Shown: positions 17,032 to 26,645, counted from the first letter of the stretch. The stretch: DNA of 64,000 nucleotides from Steroidobacteraceae bacterium (GCA_036268215.1 DATAUO010000093.1:245-64244), one strand, 5' to 3'. The notes: a model not told the origin generated them from the letters alone. Program-made: numbers and translations.

Positions 17032-19692
17032 ATGTCATCTAGGCTGACGTACGCAATCGCCTGCATCTTGGCCGGGACGTCGGGTTCCACGGCCGCGGCC
17101 GCCGCGGGCGCCGACACGAGCTCTAGCGCCAGCGCCGCCTCGGAGTCCCTGGGGGAGGTCGTGGTGACCGCGCAGCGGCGCTCGGAGAACATCCAGGACG
17201 TCCCCATCTCGATCCAAGCATTCACCGAGCAGGCGCTGCAGCAGCTCAACATCTCGACGTTCGACGACTACATCAAGTTCCTCCCCAACGTCACGAGCGC
17301 GAGCAACGGGCCCGGGCAGAACGAAGTATTCATGCGAGGCCTGTCCGCCGGATCGCAGGCGAGCCAGGCGAGCGCAATCACGGCGGTGCTGCCGAATGTC
17401 GCGATCTATCTCGACAACCAGTCGGGTCAGATGCCGAATCGCAATCTGGACATCTACGCAGCGGACCTCAACCGTATCGAGGTGCTGGAGGGACCGCAGG
17501 GCACTCTGTTCGGCGCCGGTGCCCAGGCGGGCGTGATCCGCTACATCACCAACGAGCCGAAGCTCGACAAGACCGAGGGCTACGTCAAGGCCGGCTATGG
17601 CGTCACCGCCGGCGGCGATCCCAACACGGACATGCAGGCGGTGATCAACCTGCCGCTGATCGCGGAGCACATGGCGGTGCGCGCCGTCGTTTACAGCGAT
17701 CGCCGCGGCGGCTACATCAACAACGTGCCGGACACCTTCGCGCGCAAGAACACCGACATCGGCATCCACTACGCCAACTATCCGGCGGTGAACGGCCAGT
17801 GTCCGGATGGGCAGCCGAACAACGGGTATTGCGTGCCGCCGGGCAGCCCCACCTTGAGCAACAATGCCCTGGTCGGCAGGGCGATCAACCCGGTCACCTA
17901 TCAGGGAACCCGGATCGAGCTGTTGTACAAGTTCAACGACGACTGGGACATCCTGCTCAGCCAGTCGTATCAGAACATGGAAGCCGACGGCGTGTTCTTC
18001 CAGCAACCCTTGTCCTCGAGCGGGTCGCCGCTGAAGCCCCTCGAGGTCACCCTGTTCAACCCGGCCTACGACCAGGACAAGTTCGAGAGCACCGCCTGGA
18101 CCGTCGACGGCAAGATCGGTCCCTTGAAGATGGTCTATACCGGCGGCTACCTCGACCGGCAGGTCAATCAAACCTCCGACTACACCAACTACGTTCGCGG
18201 CGTGTACGCGGACTACTACCAGTGCTACGGGCCGGGCTCGGGCGGAGATGCCCATCTACCGTCCAAGTGCTTCTCGGCCAACGCCTTCTGGCGGGAGCAG
18301 GAGCGCAACCTGCACCAGCAGCACGAGTTCCGCCTGAGCACGCCGGACGACTGGCGCATCCGCGGCATCGCCGGCGCGTACTGGGAGGACAACAAGCTCT
18401 ATGACGTGACGAGCTGGCTCTACAAGGGCTTGCCGGCCTGCACCGCCACGGCCAACGTCGGCTGCATCACGGACGTCGGCACCTTGCCGGGAACGACGGT
18501 GCAGTACCCGGGAATCCAGACCGACGACACCACGTTCTTCCAGGATGCGCACCGCGAGACCAAGCAGACCGCGTTCTTCCTCTCCGGCGACTTCGACATC
18601 ATCCCGAAGGTGCTGACCTTCACGGCCGGCACGCGCTACTTCAAGTTCGACAACAAGTTCGTGGGCAGCGTGTCGGAGAGCTTCGGCTGCTTCCAGGGAG
18701 GCGCGCCGCCCTGCAACAATTATCCGGGGTTTGCGTTCAATCTCGACGCGCAGGGCCTGCGCTCCTCGGAGTCCGGGGTCAAGAGCCGCGCCAACCTGAC
18801 TTGGCATGTCATGCCGGACGTGATGGTCTACTACACGTTCTCGCAGGGCTTCCGGCCGGGCGGATTCAACGGCAACAGCACCACCTCGCACATTCCGGGT
18901 CCGGACGGCGCCGAGCAGTACTACATTCCGCGGACGTACTCCTCGGACAAGCTCACCAACAACGAGATCGGCTGGAAGACCGAGTTCTTCGATCACCACC
19001 TGCAGTGGAACGGCGCGATCTACCGCGAGAACTGGGACAACGTGCAGATCGAGTTCTTCGATCCCGGTCTGATCGGCAACCTGTACGTCAACACCAACGG
19101 GCAGAATTTCCTCATCAAGGGAATCGAGACCTCGTTGATCGGCCGGGTGACCGACGGTCTCACCCTGCAGGGCTCCGCGTCTTGGAACCAGAGCCGGCAG
19201 ACGAACTCACCTTCGCTGATCGACAACAACCCGCTGAGCGTGAACTACGGCAAGCCGATCACCGAGAACTGCTTCACCACGCCTTGCCAGCCCGTGGGCA
19301 ATCCCTTCGGTCCCGTCGGCTCTCCGAGCGCGGACGCGCCGCCGATCCAGTTCTCCCTGCGGGGGCGCTACGACTGGACCATCGGCAGCTACAGCCCGTT
19401 CCTGCAGGCATCGGCGCATCACACCGGGCATTCGTTCACGCAGGCCGGCTCGAACCCGATGTTCGTCATCGGCAACCAGATCAACACCTCGCGCGGGCGG
19501 TTCGAGGTGCCGGCGTACTCGACGTTCGATGCCTCGGGCGGCGTGACCAAGGATGCCTGGACGGTGATGATCTACGGCCAGAATCTCGCGAACTCGAATG
19601 CGAGCACGTTCATCAGCACGGATCAGTTCATCATTGCGCAGACGCCCTTGCGGCCGCGGGTGATCGGGGCGTCGTTCAGCTACTCGTTCTAG
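17032..19692 (+). CDS. TonB-dependent receptor (paralogue 2)
   Basis: 886 aa, roughly 70-75% identical by eye to the 3867-6500 receptor. For example, 'LQQLNISTFDDYIKFLPNVTSA.NGPGQ.EVFMRGLSAGSQASQ' is shared. It ends in an aromatic residue (..ASFSYSF). Confidence 0.95.
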   Translation: MSSRLTYAIACILAGTSGSTAAAAAGADTSSSASAASESLGEVVVTAQRRSENIQDVPISIQAFTEQALQQLNISTFDDYIKFLPNVTSASNGPGQNEVFMRGLSAGSQASQASAITAVLPNVAIYLDNQSGQMPNRNLDIYAADLNRIEVLEGPQGTLFGAGAQAGVIRYITNEPKLDKTEGYVKAGYGVTAGGDPNTDMQAVINLPLIAEHMAVRAVVYSDRRGGYINNVPDTFARKNTDIGIHYANYPAVNGQCPDGQPNNGYCVPPGSPTLSNNALVGRAINPVTYQGTRIELLYKFNDDWDILLSQSYQNMEADGVFFQQPLSSSGSPLKPLEVTLFNPAYDQDKFESTAWTVDGKIGPLKMVYTGGYLDRQVNQTSDYTNYVRGVYADYYQCYGPGSGGDAHLPSKCFSANAFWREQERNLHQQHEFRLSTPDDWRIRGIAGAYWEDNKLYDVTSWLYKGLPACTATANVGCITDVGTLPGTTVQYPGIQTDDTTFFQDAHRETKQTAFFLSGDFDIIPKVLTFTAGTRYFKFDNKFVGSVSESFGCFQGGAPPCNNYPGFAFNLDAQGLRSSESGVKSRANLTWHVMPDVMVYYTFSQGFRPGGFNGNSTTSHIPGPDGAEQYYIPRTYSSDKLTNNEIGWKTEFFDHHLQWNGAIYRENWDNVQIEFFDPGLIGNLYVNTNGQNFLIKGIETSLIGRVTDGLTLQGSASWNQSRQTNSPSLIDNNPLSVNYGKPITENCFTTPCQPVGNPFGPVGSPSADAPPIQFSLRGRYDWTIGSYSPFLQASAHHTGHSFTQAGSNPMFVIGNQINTSRGRFEVPAYSTFDASGGVTKDAWTVMIYGQNLANSNASTFISTDQFIIAQTPLRPRVIGASFSYSF

Positions 19693-19702
19693 CTGCGCGC
19701 AA

Positions 19703-20224
19703 TCAGGCCGGGGCGCCTGATCCGCGCCAGCGCCGCTGTTGCTCCTCCGACAGGTCGTAGCTGGACAGGAACGCGGTGAGCCGCTCGCGCTCGGCCGCGC
19801 CGTCGCCGTCCGAGCGGATGAAGTGCCGGGGCGGCAGCGCGACGCCTCGGTGCCGGAGCAGAGGGGCGAGCCGGCGCCAGTGGAGCGCGTCGCCGTGCTC
19901 CCCGGCGTCGCGTCCGCCGGCTCCTCGCATCCCTACCGCGACCACGGCATAGCCGTGATGCGCGTACTCCGCCACCTGGTCCGCGATCACGGCGAGCAAC
20001 AGGCTGTGCTTTCCCGGCGGCGGGAGCTGCAGTAGGCCGTAGCCGCATTCCTCCAGCACGCGCAGCACGTCGAGGGAGCCCGGCTGACCTTCCGCGGGAT
20101 CGGGCGCGGGCGTTCGAACGGGCGCCGGCGTTGGGCCGGCCGATGCGGTGCGCGCGTCCGCGGAGGCATTCGTCAGTGCTTCGGGCAGCAGCGCGATACG
20201 CCAGCCGCGTGCGTCGGCGCTCAC
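19703..20224 (-). CDS. Hypothetical protein, degenerate Cys-less paralogue of the adjacent TudS/DUF523-like protein
   Basis: GTG 20222-20224 is preceded by AGGAAGGGG (7-nt spacer). 'LRVLEECGYGLLQLPPPGKHS' parallels 'VEALRQRGYQLLQLPCPELAF' of the upstream gene, but the Cys positions are replaced. The start and reality of this gene are only moderately supported. Confidence 0.5.
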   Translation of the reverse strand: MSADARGWRIALLPEALTNASADARTASAGPTPAPVRTPAPDPAEGQPGSLDVLRVLEECGYGLLQLPPPGKHSLLLAVIADQVAEYAHHGYAVVAVGMRGAGGRDAGEHGDALHWRRLAPLLRHRGVALPPRHFIRSDGDGAAERERLTAFLSSYDLSEEQQRRWRGSGAPA

Positions 20225-20261
20225 GTTCCCGCCCCTTCCTCGCGTGACGGGTGACGAGCCT

Positions 20262-20882
20262 TCATGCTGGCCGATCGTCGTTGCGCGAGCCGGCGGCAGT
20301 CTCGCGGGCGTCGAGGAATTCCTCCAGGTCGCGGCGCGAGCCGGCCTCGTCGAACCGCCCCATGTCGAGCGCCCAGCCGGTGGCGGGCACGGCGGGGAGT
20401 CCGCGACGGGCGAGCTCGGCCTCGAGCTCCTCGATCCAAATGCCACGCTGGGGCACGATCTGCCAGTCGTCGTTTGGGCGATTGGGCCGGCCGCCCCAGT
20501 CGGGCTGCGTGGAGGTGAAGCGCACGCCGGTGGAGGGGCTGCCGTCGAGCCCGATGAGGATCACCTCGTCGCCGCGGCGAAGATGCTGCTCGATCAGCGG
20601 CGCGATCGCCTGCGCCAGGCGGCGGCAATGCGTGCGATACGCGGGCGTGTCGTACTGCTCGTACACGGCCCACCAGCGACGCGCACCGGCAAAGGCGAGC
20701 TCGGGACAGGGGAGTTGCAGCAGCTGATAGCCGCGCTGGCGCAGCGCCTCGACCACGGGGCTCACCACACCGCGATAACGCGCGCCCTCGCAGACCTTGG
20801 CGTTCTGGTTCAGCAGGCAATTCGCGACCAGCGCCACCTTTCGAGGCGCGGCGCTCGCATCGTCAGGCAGCCCAGGTGGCAC
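20262..20882 (-). CDS. DUF523/TudS-related protein (putative Fe-S desulfidase-like)
   Basis: GTG 20880-20882 is preceded by GGAGG (6-nt spacer). 'VALVANCLLNQNAKVCEG....YQLLQLPCPELAFAG' matches the Cys pattern (C..N.N / C / CPE) I associate with DUF523/TudS-related proteins. Confidence 0.7.
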   Translation of the reverse strand: MPPGLPDDASAAPRKVALVANCLLNQNAKVCEGARYRGVVSPVVEALRQRGYQLLQLPCPELAFAGARRWWAVYEQYDTPAYRTHCRRLAQAIAPLIEQHLRRGDEVILIGLDGSPSTGVRFTSTQPDWGGRPNRPNDDWQIVPQRGIWIEELEAELARRGLPAVPATGWALDMGRFDEAGSRRDLEEFLDARETAAGSRNDDRPA

Positions 20883-21071
20883 TATCGACCTCCACAACCG
20901 CTTCAGCCGTCGCGTACAGGTTGCCGTCCGCGCTGCCGAAGTACACGGTCGCTCCGTCGACCGCGGGCGAGGACAGCACGGCGCCGACGCTCATCATCTT
21001 CCACACGCCGAGGATGAGATCGTCGTAGAAGAAATCGGTGAATGTCGCCTGGTAGTTCCCGGCGCGATGCC

Positions 21072-22907
21072 TCAGTGGCCTTGCGCCTTCTTCTTCGGCG
21101 CGGATGACGCGGCCGCCGGCTGGGTCGGCTCGTTCAGGGGAAAGAAATTCCATGCGGGATTGTCCTTCAGGAACTTCAGGGTGATCAAGCCCGCGGCGCC
21201 GGGCGGCTGCGGCGGCGCATTGGGGTCGCTCTGCAGCGGCATGACCTTGCGGTAGGCCGTCCACGCGGCGGTCGGCGCGGGGCCGAACTCGCGCGAGGAG
21301 TCCTGGGCGTGGCGCACGTCCAGCCAGCGCGTGCCGGTGATGATGTCGGTCGCCAGAAGGCGGAACGTGTCGTCGACCGCGGTCTGTGCGCGCACCGCCT
21401 TCAAGAGCGACTGCGCCTCGAGCTCTTCGACGCCGGAGCTGCCGCCGTACCCCTCGGGCGGCACGGGGGTGATCTGGGCCTGGATGTGCTGCCAGGTCTC
21501 GTGATTGCCGAAGGTGCCCGCGAAGAACAGGTTGCCGCCCTGCTCGCGCAGGATCTTCTGCGTGCCCTCGCCGGTGAAGAACTCGCTGCCGAAGCGCTCG
21601 GCGCGCAGCATGATGGCGATGTCCATGTTGGCGAGGGCGATGGTGAAGGCCTCGAGGTCGTTCGACAGGGGATACGGATCCCAGTTCGCATCGGAAAAGA
21701 TGAAGCCGTGCTTGCCGTTCGAGTTCTTGCCGCCCTTCACGTAGTACTTCTGCATCTCGGGCGTCGCCAGGTCCCAGGCGTCCTGGGGCGACAGCCCGGC
21801 GCGGATCGCGGGGTTGTGGTCGGACGAGTTGAGCTGCGTCACCACGTCGTCGCGCAGCATCGCCCACATCTGCCACGCCGAGGCCGTGCGGATCGAGGAA
21901 GCCCGCAGGGATTCGGGGTCCTGGATGATGCGGCCCTTGTCGTCGCCGAAGAGGTAGCTGCCCTTGATCATCTCCTTGACGCGATTGGCATCCCAGTTCA
22001 GCCACTTGAACGGCCGGTCGGTCTGGACCAGGTAGCTCAACGGGGTGACCGAGCTGTTCATGGCGTTCAAGTCGATGGCATAGATGAGGTCGGCCCAGGC
22101 GAGCGCCTGCTTGCCGTCGGCGACCGCGAAGGCGGCGCGCGCCGTCGCGTAGGCATCGCTCGAGGTGAGCGCATTGTCGTCGGCGGCGAAGGGCTGCAGC
22201 GGCGCCAGTCCGGCGGCCTTGAGCGCCTCGGCGGCCGGCATGCGCGTTCCGTTGTAGTACGCCTCGCCGACGCCGACCATGGTGGCGCCGATGTTGTTGA
22301 GCACGGACAGATCGCCTTCGCCGACCGTGCCCCGCGACTGCATCACCGGCGTGACGCGCTTGTTGAGGAGATCGAGCAGCATCTGCGCGAGAGCCGGACT
22401 CGGGGCGTTGTAAGTCATGGCGTTGGCGCGCGCGACCATCACGGCGCGCACCAGACCCTCGTCGTTGATCTCGGGACCTTCCATGGGGTTGGCGGCGCCG
22501 CGCTTGAAGGAGGCCAGCATCTTTTTCTCGAGCAGCGCCTTGTTCCCGGGAGACAGCGGGTCGCCCTCGAACTGCTTCACCTCGCGTCCTGCGCCGGCCC
22601 CGCGCGTGAACCAGTAGACCGACACGCCTTCCGCCGGGGCCTCGAGGAGGAGCCCGTAGTTGTCGACCTCACGCTGCCTGGCCTCTGGGCTCAGCTCGAC
22701 CTTGGCGCCGCCGCGCGCGACCTCGACGAGCTGGTCGATGGTGAAATCGCGGCCGGTCAGCGTCACGGTCCTGCCGCTCAGCGCCGGCTCGATGGCGTGG
22801 TAGCCGAGCGTATCTTGAGCGCGCGCGCCGAGCGCGAACAGAACGGCGCCTCCAATCGCGAGGGTGATTGCGCCGGCGCGGCAGCGATGTCCCGAATGAG
22901 CGTTCAT
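21072..22907 (-). CDS. Secreted aromatic-amino-acid-lyase-fold (HAL/PAL family) protein lacking the MIO triad, paralogue 1
   Basis: ATG 22905-22907 has AGAGGAA upstream. The leader is 'AITLAIGGAVLFALGARA'. Family motifs are 'QLVEVARGGAKVEL', 'VRAVMVARANAM', 'RVTPVMQSRGTVGEGDLSVL', 'IIQDPESLRAS' and 'SSDHNP'. GEGD replaces G-A-S-G-D. Confidence 0.85.
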   Translation of the reverse strand: MNAHSGHRCRAGAITLAIGGAVLFALGARAQDTLGYHAIEPALSGRTVTLTGRDFTIDQLVEVARGGAKVELSPEARQREVDNYGLLLEAPAEGVSVYWFTRGAGAGREVKQFEGDPLSPGNKALLEKKMLASFKRGAANPMEGPEINDEGLVRAVMVARANAMTYNAPSPALAQMLLDLLNKRVTPVMQSRGTVGEGDLSVLNNIGATMVGVGEAYYNGTRMPAAEALKAAGLAPLQPFAADDNALTSSDAYATARAAFAVADGKQALAWADLIYAIDLNAMNSSVTPLSYLVQTDRPFKWLNWDANRVKEMIKGSYLFGDDKGRIIQDPESLRASSIRTASAWQMWAMLRDDVVTQLNSSDHNPAIRAGLSPQDAWDLATPEMQKYYVKGGKNSNGKHGFIFSDANWDPYPLSNDLEAFTIALANMDIAIMLRAERFGSEFFTGEGTQKILREQGGNLFFAGTFGNHETWQHIQAQITPVPPEGYGGSSGVEELEAQSLLKAVRAQTAVDDTFRLLATDIITGTRWLDVRHAQDSSREFGPAPTAAWTAYRKVMPLQSDPNAPPQPPGAAGLITLKFLKDNPAWNFFPLNEPTQPAAASSAPKKKAQGH

Positions 22908-22930
22908 ACCTGTTCCTCTGAGTAACCTTT

Positions 22931-24787
22931 TCACGGGCTGGTGGTGGCGGCGTCGATGTCCTTGGCGAGCGGTGCATAGAATTCAGCCGCGGGATGCTCG
23001 AGCATGAAGCCGAGCACGATCTCTCCGGCGGGGCGGAGCGGCCGCTCCTCGGGCTTTTGCCGGAACGGCACTGCGCGGCGGAATTCGGTCCAGACGGCGG
23101 TGGGTGCGGCGCCGAAAGCCCGGTCCGGGACCTGCGCATGGCGCACGTCGAGCCAGAACGTCGCGGTCAGGAGATCCTCGCCGAGCAGCCGCACGGTGTC
23201 GTCGACGATCTGCCGCGCGCGCACGGTCTTCAGCACCGTCTCCGCCTGCAGCTCCTCGACGGTGTTGCTGATGGCGTTGCCCTCGACGCTCTGCAGGTGC
23301 GCGAGCCCCTGGATGTCCTGCCAGATCGCGGTCGGGTTGTAGCCGTCGACATCCGATTGAACGCTGTCCGCGAGCTCGGCCGCGCCAATCACGTCCTTCG
23401 GCGAGATGACGGTGAAGAACGTGCTCGAGAAGCGATAGATCCGCTGCACCACCGCGACGTCCATGTTGGCGAGCGCGTTGGTGAGGGCTTCGATCTCGTT
23501 GGCCATGGGGTACGGGTCCCAGTTGGCGTTCGACAGGATGAAGCCGTGCTGGCCGTGGCTCTCCGGGCCGCCTTTCACGTAGTACTTGCGCAGCTGCGGC
23601 GTGGCGAGCTCCCAGGAATCCCCGGGCCCGGCGCCGACCTCCACCCCGGGATTGTGATCGGAGGAGTTGAGCTGGATGCGGAGCGTGTCGCGCAGCGTCG
23701 CCCATGCCTTCCACGCCGAGCCTTGACGGCTGTACGAGGCGCGCTGGCTCTCGGGGTCCTGGATGATGCGCTTGGGATCGTCGTCGAACAGGTAGCTGCC
23801 CTTGACCATGTCGAGAACCCGGGCGGCGACGCGGTTCGAGTACTCGAGCGGCCGGCTCGATTGCACCGGCGTCGACAGCGGCGTCACGCTGCTGTTCAGG
23901 GCCTCGAGGTCGAGCGAGAGCGCAAGGTCGGCCCAATTCAGGGCGAGCTTGGCATCGTGGACGAGCAGGGCGGCCTGCCCTGCCGAGAACGCATTGGTGC
24001 TGGTGAGCGCGGAAGGATAGATGGCATCGGCCGGCCGCAGCGGCTTCAAGCCGGCGGCGGCGAGCGCTTGCGCGGCGCTCATGCGCTTTCCCTGGTAGTA
24101 CGCCTCGCCGGCACCGCCCATGGTGCCGAGGACGTTGCCCATCGCGGCGAGATCCGCCTCGCCGAGCGAGCCGCGCGACTGCACCACCGGCGTCACGCGC
24201 CGGTTGAGCAGATCGATCAGGACCTGCGACAGCCCCGGGCTCGCCGCCTCGGAGATCATGGTGTTCGCACGCACCGCGAGCAGTGCGCGCACGATCTCCT
24301 CGTCCGCCACTTCGGGACCGATGCCTTGTCTCGGTCCGCTCAGGAACGCCTTGGCCGCCTTGGCGGAGAGCAACGCTTCGTTCTCGGGAGAGAGCGGATC
24401 GCCGGAGAACAGCGGGATCTCGCGGCCGGCGCCGGGCGCGCGATTGAAGCCGTAGATGGCCATGCCTTCGGCGGCGCCTTCCAGGAGCAGCCCGTACGCG
24501 TCCGCTTGCCGGCGGCGCGCGTCGTCGCTCAAGGCGACCTTGGCGCCGTAGCGCGCGACCGCGACCACCTGGTCAGGGGTCAGGTCGCGGCCGGTGAGCA
24601 CGACGGTCTCGGCGCTGCGCGAGGCGACGATGGGGTGGTAGCCGCGCGGCTCGGACGCGGCGCCGGCGCTCGAGTCGGACGCGGCGGCCGATTTGACCGC
24701 AGCGCCGGCGGGCGACCCGAGGGCCAAGCCCGCGATCAGGACGCCGGCCAGGATTGCGAGCGCGCGACCCCGGCACCCGCGCCGCAT
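22931..24787 (-). CDS. Secreted aromatic-amino-acid-lyase-fold protein lacking the MIO triad, paralogue 2
   Basis: ATG 24785-24787. The leader is 'RALAILAGVLIAGLALGSPAGA'. Family motifs are 'QVVAVARYGAKVAL', 'VRALLAVRANTM', 'RVTPVVQSRGSLGEADLAAM', 'IIQDPESQRAS' and 'SSDHNP'. Confidence 0.85.
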   Translation of the reverse strand: MRRGCRGRALAILAGVLIAGLALGSPAGAAVKSAAASDSSAGAASEPRGYHPIVASRSAETVVLTGRDLTPDQVVAVARYGAKVALSDDARRRQADAYGLLLEGAAEGMAIYGFNRAPGAGREIPLFSGDPLSPENEALLSAKAAKAFLSGPRQGIGPEVADEEIVRALLAVRANTMISEAASPGLSQVLIDLLNRRVTPVVQSRGSLGEADLAAMGNVLGTMGGAGEAYYQGKRMSAAQALAAAGLKPLRPADAIYPSALTSTNAFSAGQAALLVHDAKLALNWADLALSLDLEALNSSVTPLSTPVQSSRPLEYSNRVAARVLDMVKGSYLFDDDPKRIIQDPESQRASYSRQGSAWKAWATLRDTLRIQLNSSDHNPGVEVGAGPGDSWELATPQLRKYYVKGGPESHGQHGFILSNANWDPYPMANEIEALTNALANMDVAVVQRIYRFSSTFFTVISPKDVIGAAELADSVQSDVDGYNPTAIWQDIQGLAHLQSVEGNAISNTVEELQAETVLKTVRARQIVDDTVRLLGEDLLTATFWLDVRHAQVPDRAFGAAPTAVWTEFRRAVPFRQKPEERPLRPAGEIVLGFMLEHPAAEFYAPLAKDIDAATTSP

Positions 24788-24788
24788 G

Positions 24789-26588
24789 TCAGGGCACTCC
24801 GGCCGGCGGCGCCGGATCCCCTTGCGGGTAGAAGGTTTCCGCGTGCGTCCCCCTCAGGAACTCGGCCGCCACCATGGGCCGAATCTGCGCCGGGCCGTCG
24901 GCCGAGGGCATGAAGGGCACGACCTTGCGGAACGCGGCGAGCGCCGCGGTCGGCCCGTCGCCGAAGGCGCGCGCGGCATCCTGCTTCTTGCGCACGTCCA
25001 TCCAGAACGTGGCGTTCAGCATGTCATGACCCAGAAGATCGAACGTGGTGCCGACCGCCTGACGCGCGCGATAGGCCTTGATGCGGGTCTGAGCCTGCAG
25101 ATCCTCGACGGTGAGGTCGATGGCGGCGCCCGAGGGGGCGACCGGGTTCGTGAGGCTCTGCATCTCCTGCTGCAGATCGACCGGAGTGTATCCGCCGCCG
25201 CCGGCGAGATAGAGCATGAATCCGCTTCCGGGCGGCAGATTCAGGACCTTGACCGCGTCCGTCTGGGTGAAGAACGGGCTGGTGAAGCGATCGATGCGCA
25301 GCGACACCGCGACGTCCATGTTGGCGAGGGCGATGACGAAGTTCTCGAGCTTGTTCGCCATCGGGAACGGATCCCAATTGGCGTTGGAGACGATGTAGCC
25401 GTGCTTGCCGTTGCTCTCCTTACCGCCCTTGACGTAGTACTTCATCATCTGGGGCGAGGCGAGGTCCCAGCCGTCCTGCGGCGAGAGATCCGTGCGCACG
25501 GCCGGGTTGTGGTCCGAAGAATTCATCTGCGTCACGACGGCGTCGCGCAGCGCACCCCACTCCTGCCACGCGGAGCCCTCGCGGATGGACGAGGCGCGCA
25601 GCGACTCGGGGTCCTGGATGATCCGGTGCGGGTCGTCGCCGAAGAGGTAGCTGCCCTTCAAGAGCTCGCGCACCCGCGCCGCGTCCCAGTTGAGCCACTG
25701 GAACGGCCGCTCGCGCTGCACCAGCAGGGTCAACGGAGTGATGCTGGAATTCATGCCGTCCAGGTCCATGGCGTAGATCAGGTCCGCCCAGTCGAGCGCG
25801 CGCCGGCCGTCGGCCACGGCCAGCCCGGCGATGCCGGTGGCATAGGCATCGCTCGAGGTGAGGGCATTGGTGTCGGCCGCGAACGGCTGGATGGGCTTCA
25901 ACCCCGCCTTGGCCAGGGCGTCGGACGCCCTCATGCGCGTGCCCTCGAAATACGCATCGCCGGCTCCGACCATGGTCGCGCCGACGTTGCTGAGCTCGGC
26001 GAGATCGCCTTCGCCGAGCGTGCCGCGGGATAGCACCACCGGCGTGACGCGACGGTTGAGGAGGTTGGTGAGCATCTCGGCGAGCTGGGGGCTCGGGGCG
26101 TTCCAGGTCATGGCATTGGCCCGCACCGCCATCATGGCGCGCACGATCTCCTCGTCGGAGACCTCGGGACCGTAGCCGAAGACGGCGCCGAGCTTGAACT
26201 CCATGAGCTGGGATTTCTCGAGGTACTCCTTGTTCTTCGGCGAGAGCGGGTCGCCCGAGAACAGCACCGTCTCGCGCTGGTCGCCGGCACCGCGGTTGAA
26301 CCAGTACACCGCGATGCCCTCGGCCGACGCCTCGAGCAGCAGGCCGTAGTTGTCGGCCTCGCGCTGCCTGGCCTCGGGGCTCAGCTGCACCTTCGCGCCG
26401 TACCGCGCGATGTCGACCAGCTGCTCGACGGTGAGATCCTTGCCGGTCAGCGTGATCACCTTGTCCGACATCGTCGCCTGGATGGGCGTGTACCCGGAGC
26501 CGGCCAGCGCGGAAGCGCCCGCGCAAAGACATCCCATCAGAATCCCGAGACGCCCAGCCGTCCGCCGTCCGATCGCCATGCCATTCAT
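24789..26588 (-). CDS. Secreted aromatic-amino-acid-lyase-fold protein lacking the MIO triad, paralogue 3
   Basis: ORF 24789-26657 was trimmed to ATG 26586-26588, with GGGGAG 6 nt upstream. The leader is 'GRLGILMGCLCAGASALA'. Family motifs are 'QLVDIARYGAKVQL', 'RVTPVVLSRGTLGEGDLAEL', 'IIQDPESLRAS' and 'SSDHNP'. The stop lies 1 nt from the start of paralogue 2. Confidence 0.85.
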   Translation of the reverse strand: MNGMAIGRRTAGRLGILMGCLCAGASALAGSGYTPIQATMSDKVITLTGKDLTVEQLVDIARYGAKVQLSPEARQREADNYGLLLEASAEGIAVYWFNRGAGDQRETVLFSGDPLSPKNKEYLEKSQLMEFKLGAVFGYGPEVSDEEIVRAMMAVRANAMTWNAPSPQLAEMLTNLLNRRVTPVVLSRGTLGEGDLAELSNVGATMVGAGDAYFEGTRMRASDALAKAGLKPIQPFAADTNALTSSDAYATGIAGLAVADGRRALDWADLIYAMDLDGMNSSITPLTLLVQRERPFQWLNWDAARVRELLKGSYLFGDDPHRIIQDPESLRASSIREGSAWQEWGALRDAVVTQMNSSDHNPAVRTDLSPQDGWDLASPQMMKYYVKGGKESNGKHGYIVSNANWDPFPMANKLENFVIALANMDVAVSLRIDRFTSPFFTQTDAVKVLNLPPGSGFMLYLAGGGGYTPVDLQQEMQSLTNPVAPSGAAIDLTVEDLQAQTRIKAYRARQAVGTTFDLLGHDMLNATFWMDVRKKQDAARAFGDGPTAALAAFRKVVPFMPSADGPAQIRPMVAAEFLRGTHAETFYPQGDPAPPAGVP

Positions 26589-26645
26589 TGTTGTCTCCCC
26601 AGTGTTGCCGCGGGAGGGTCCTTCCCCCGAAAGATCCGTGCCATC

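Noticed and set aside
26629-26643. A possible sigma54 promoter (TGGCAC-N5-TTTC) upstream of the lyase-like operon.
   Set aside because: The -24 GG element is good, but the -12 position reads TC instead of the near-invariant GC. No enhancer-binding-protein gene is nearby. It is kept only as context for the direct-repeat finding.
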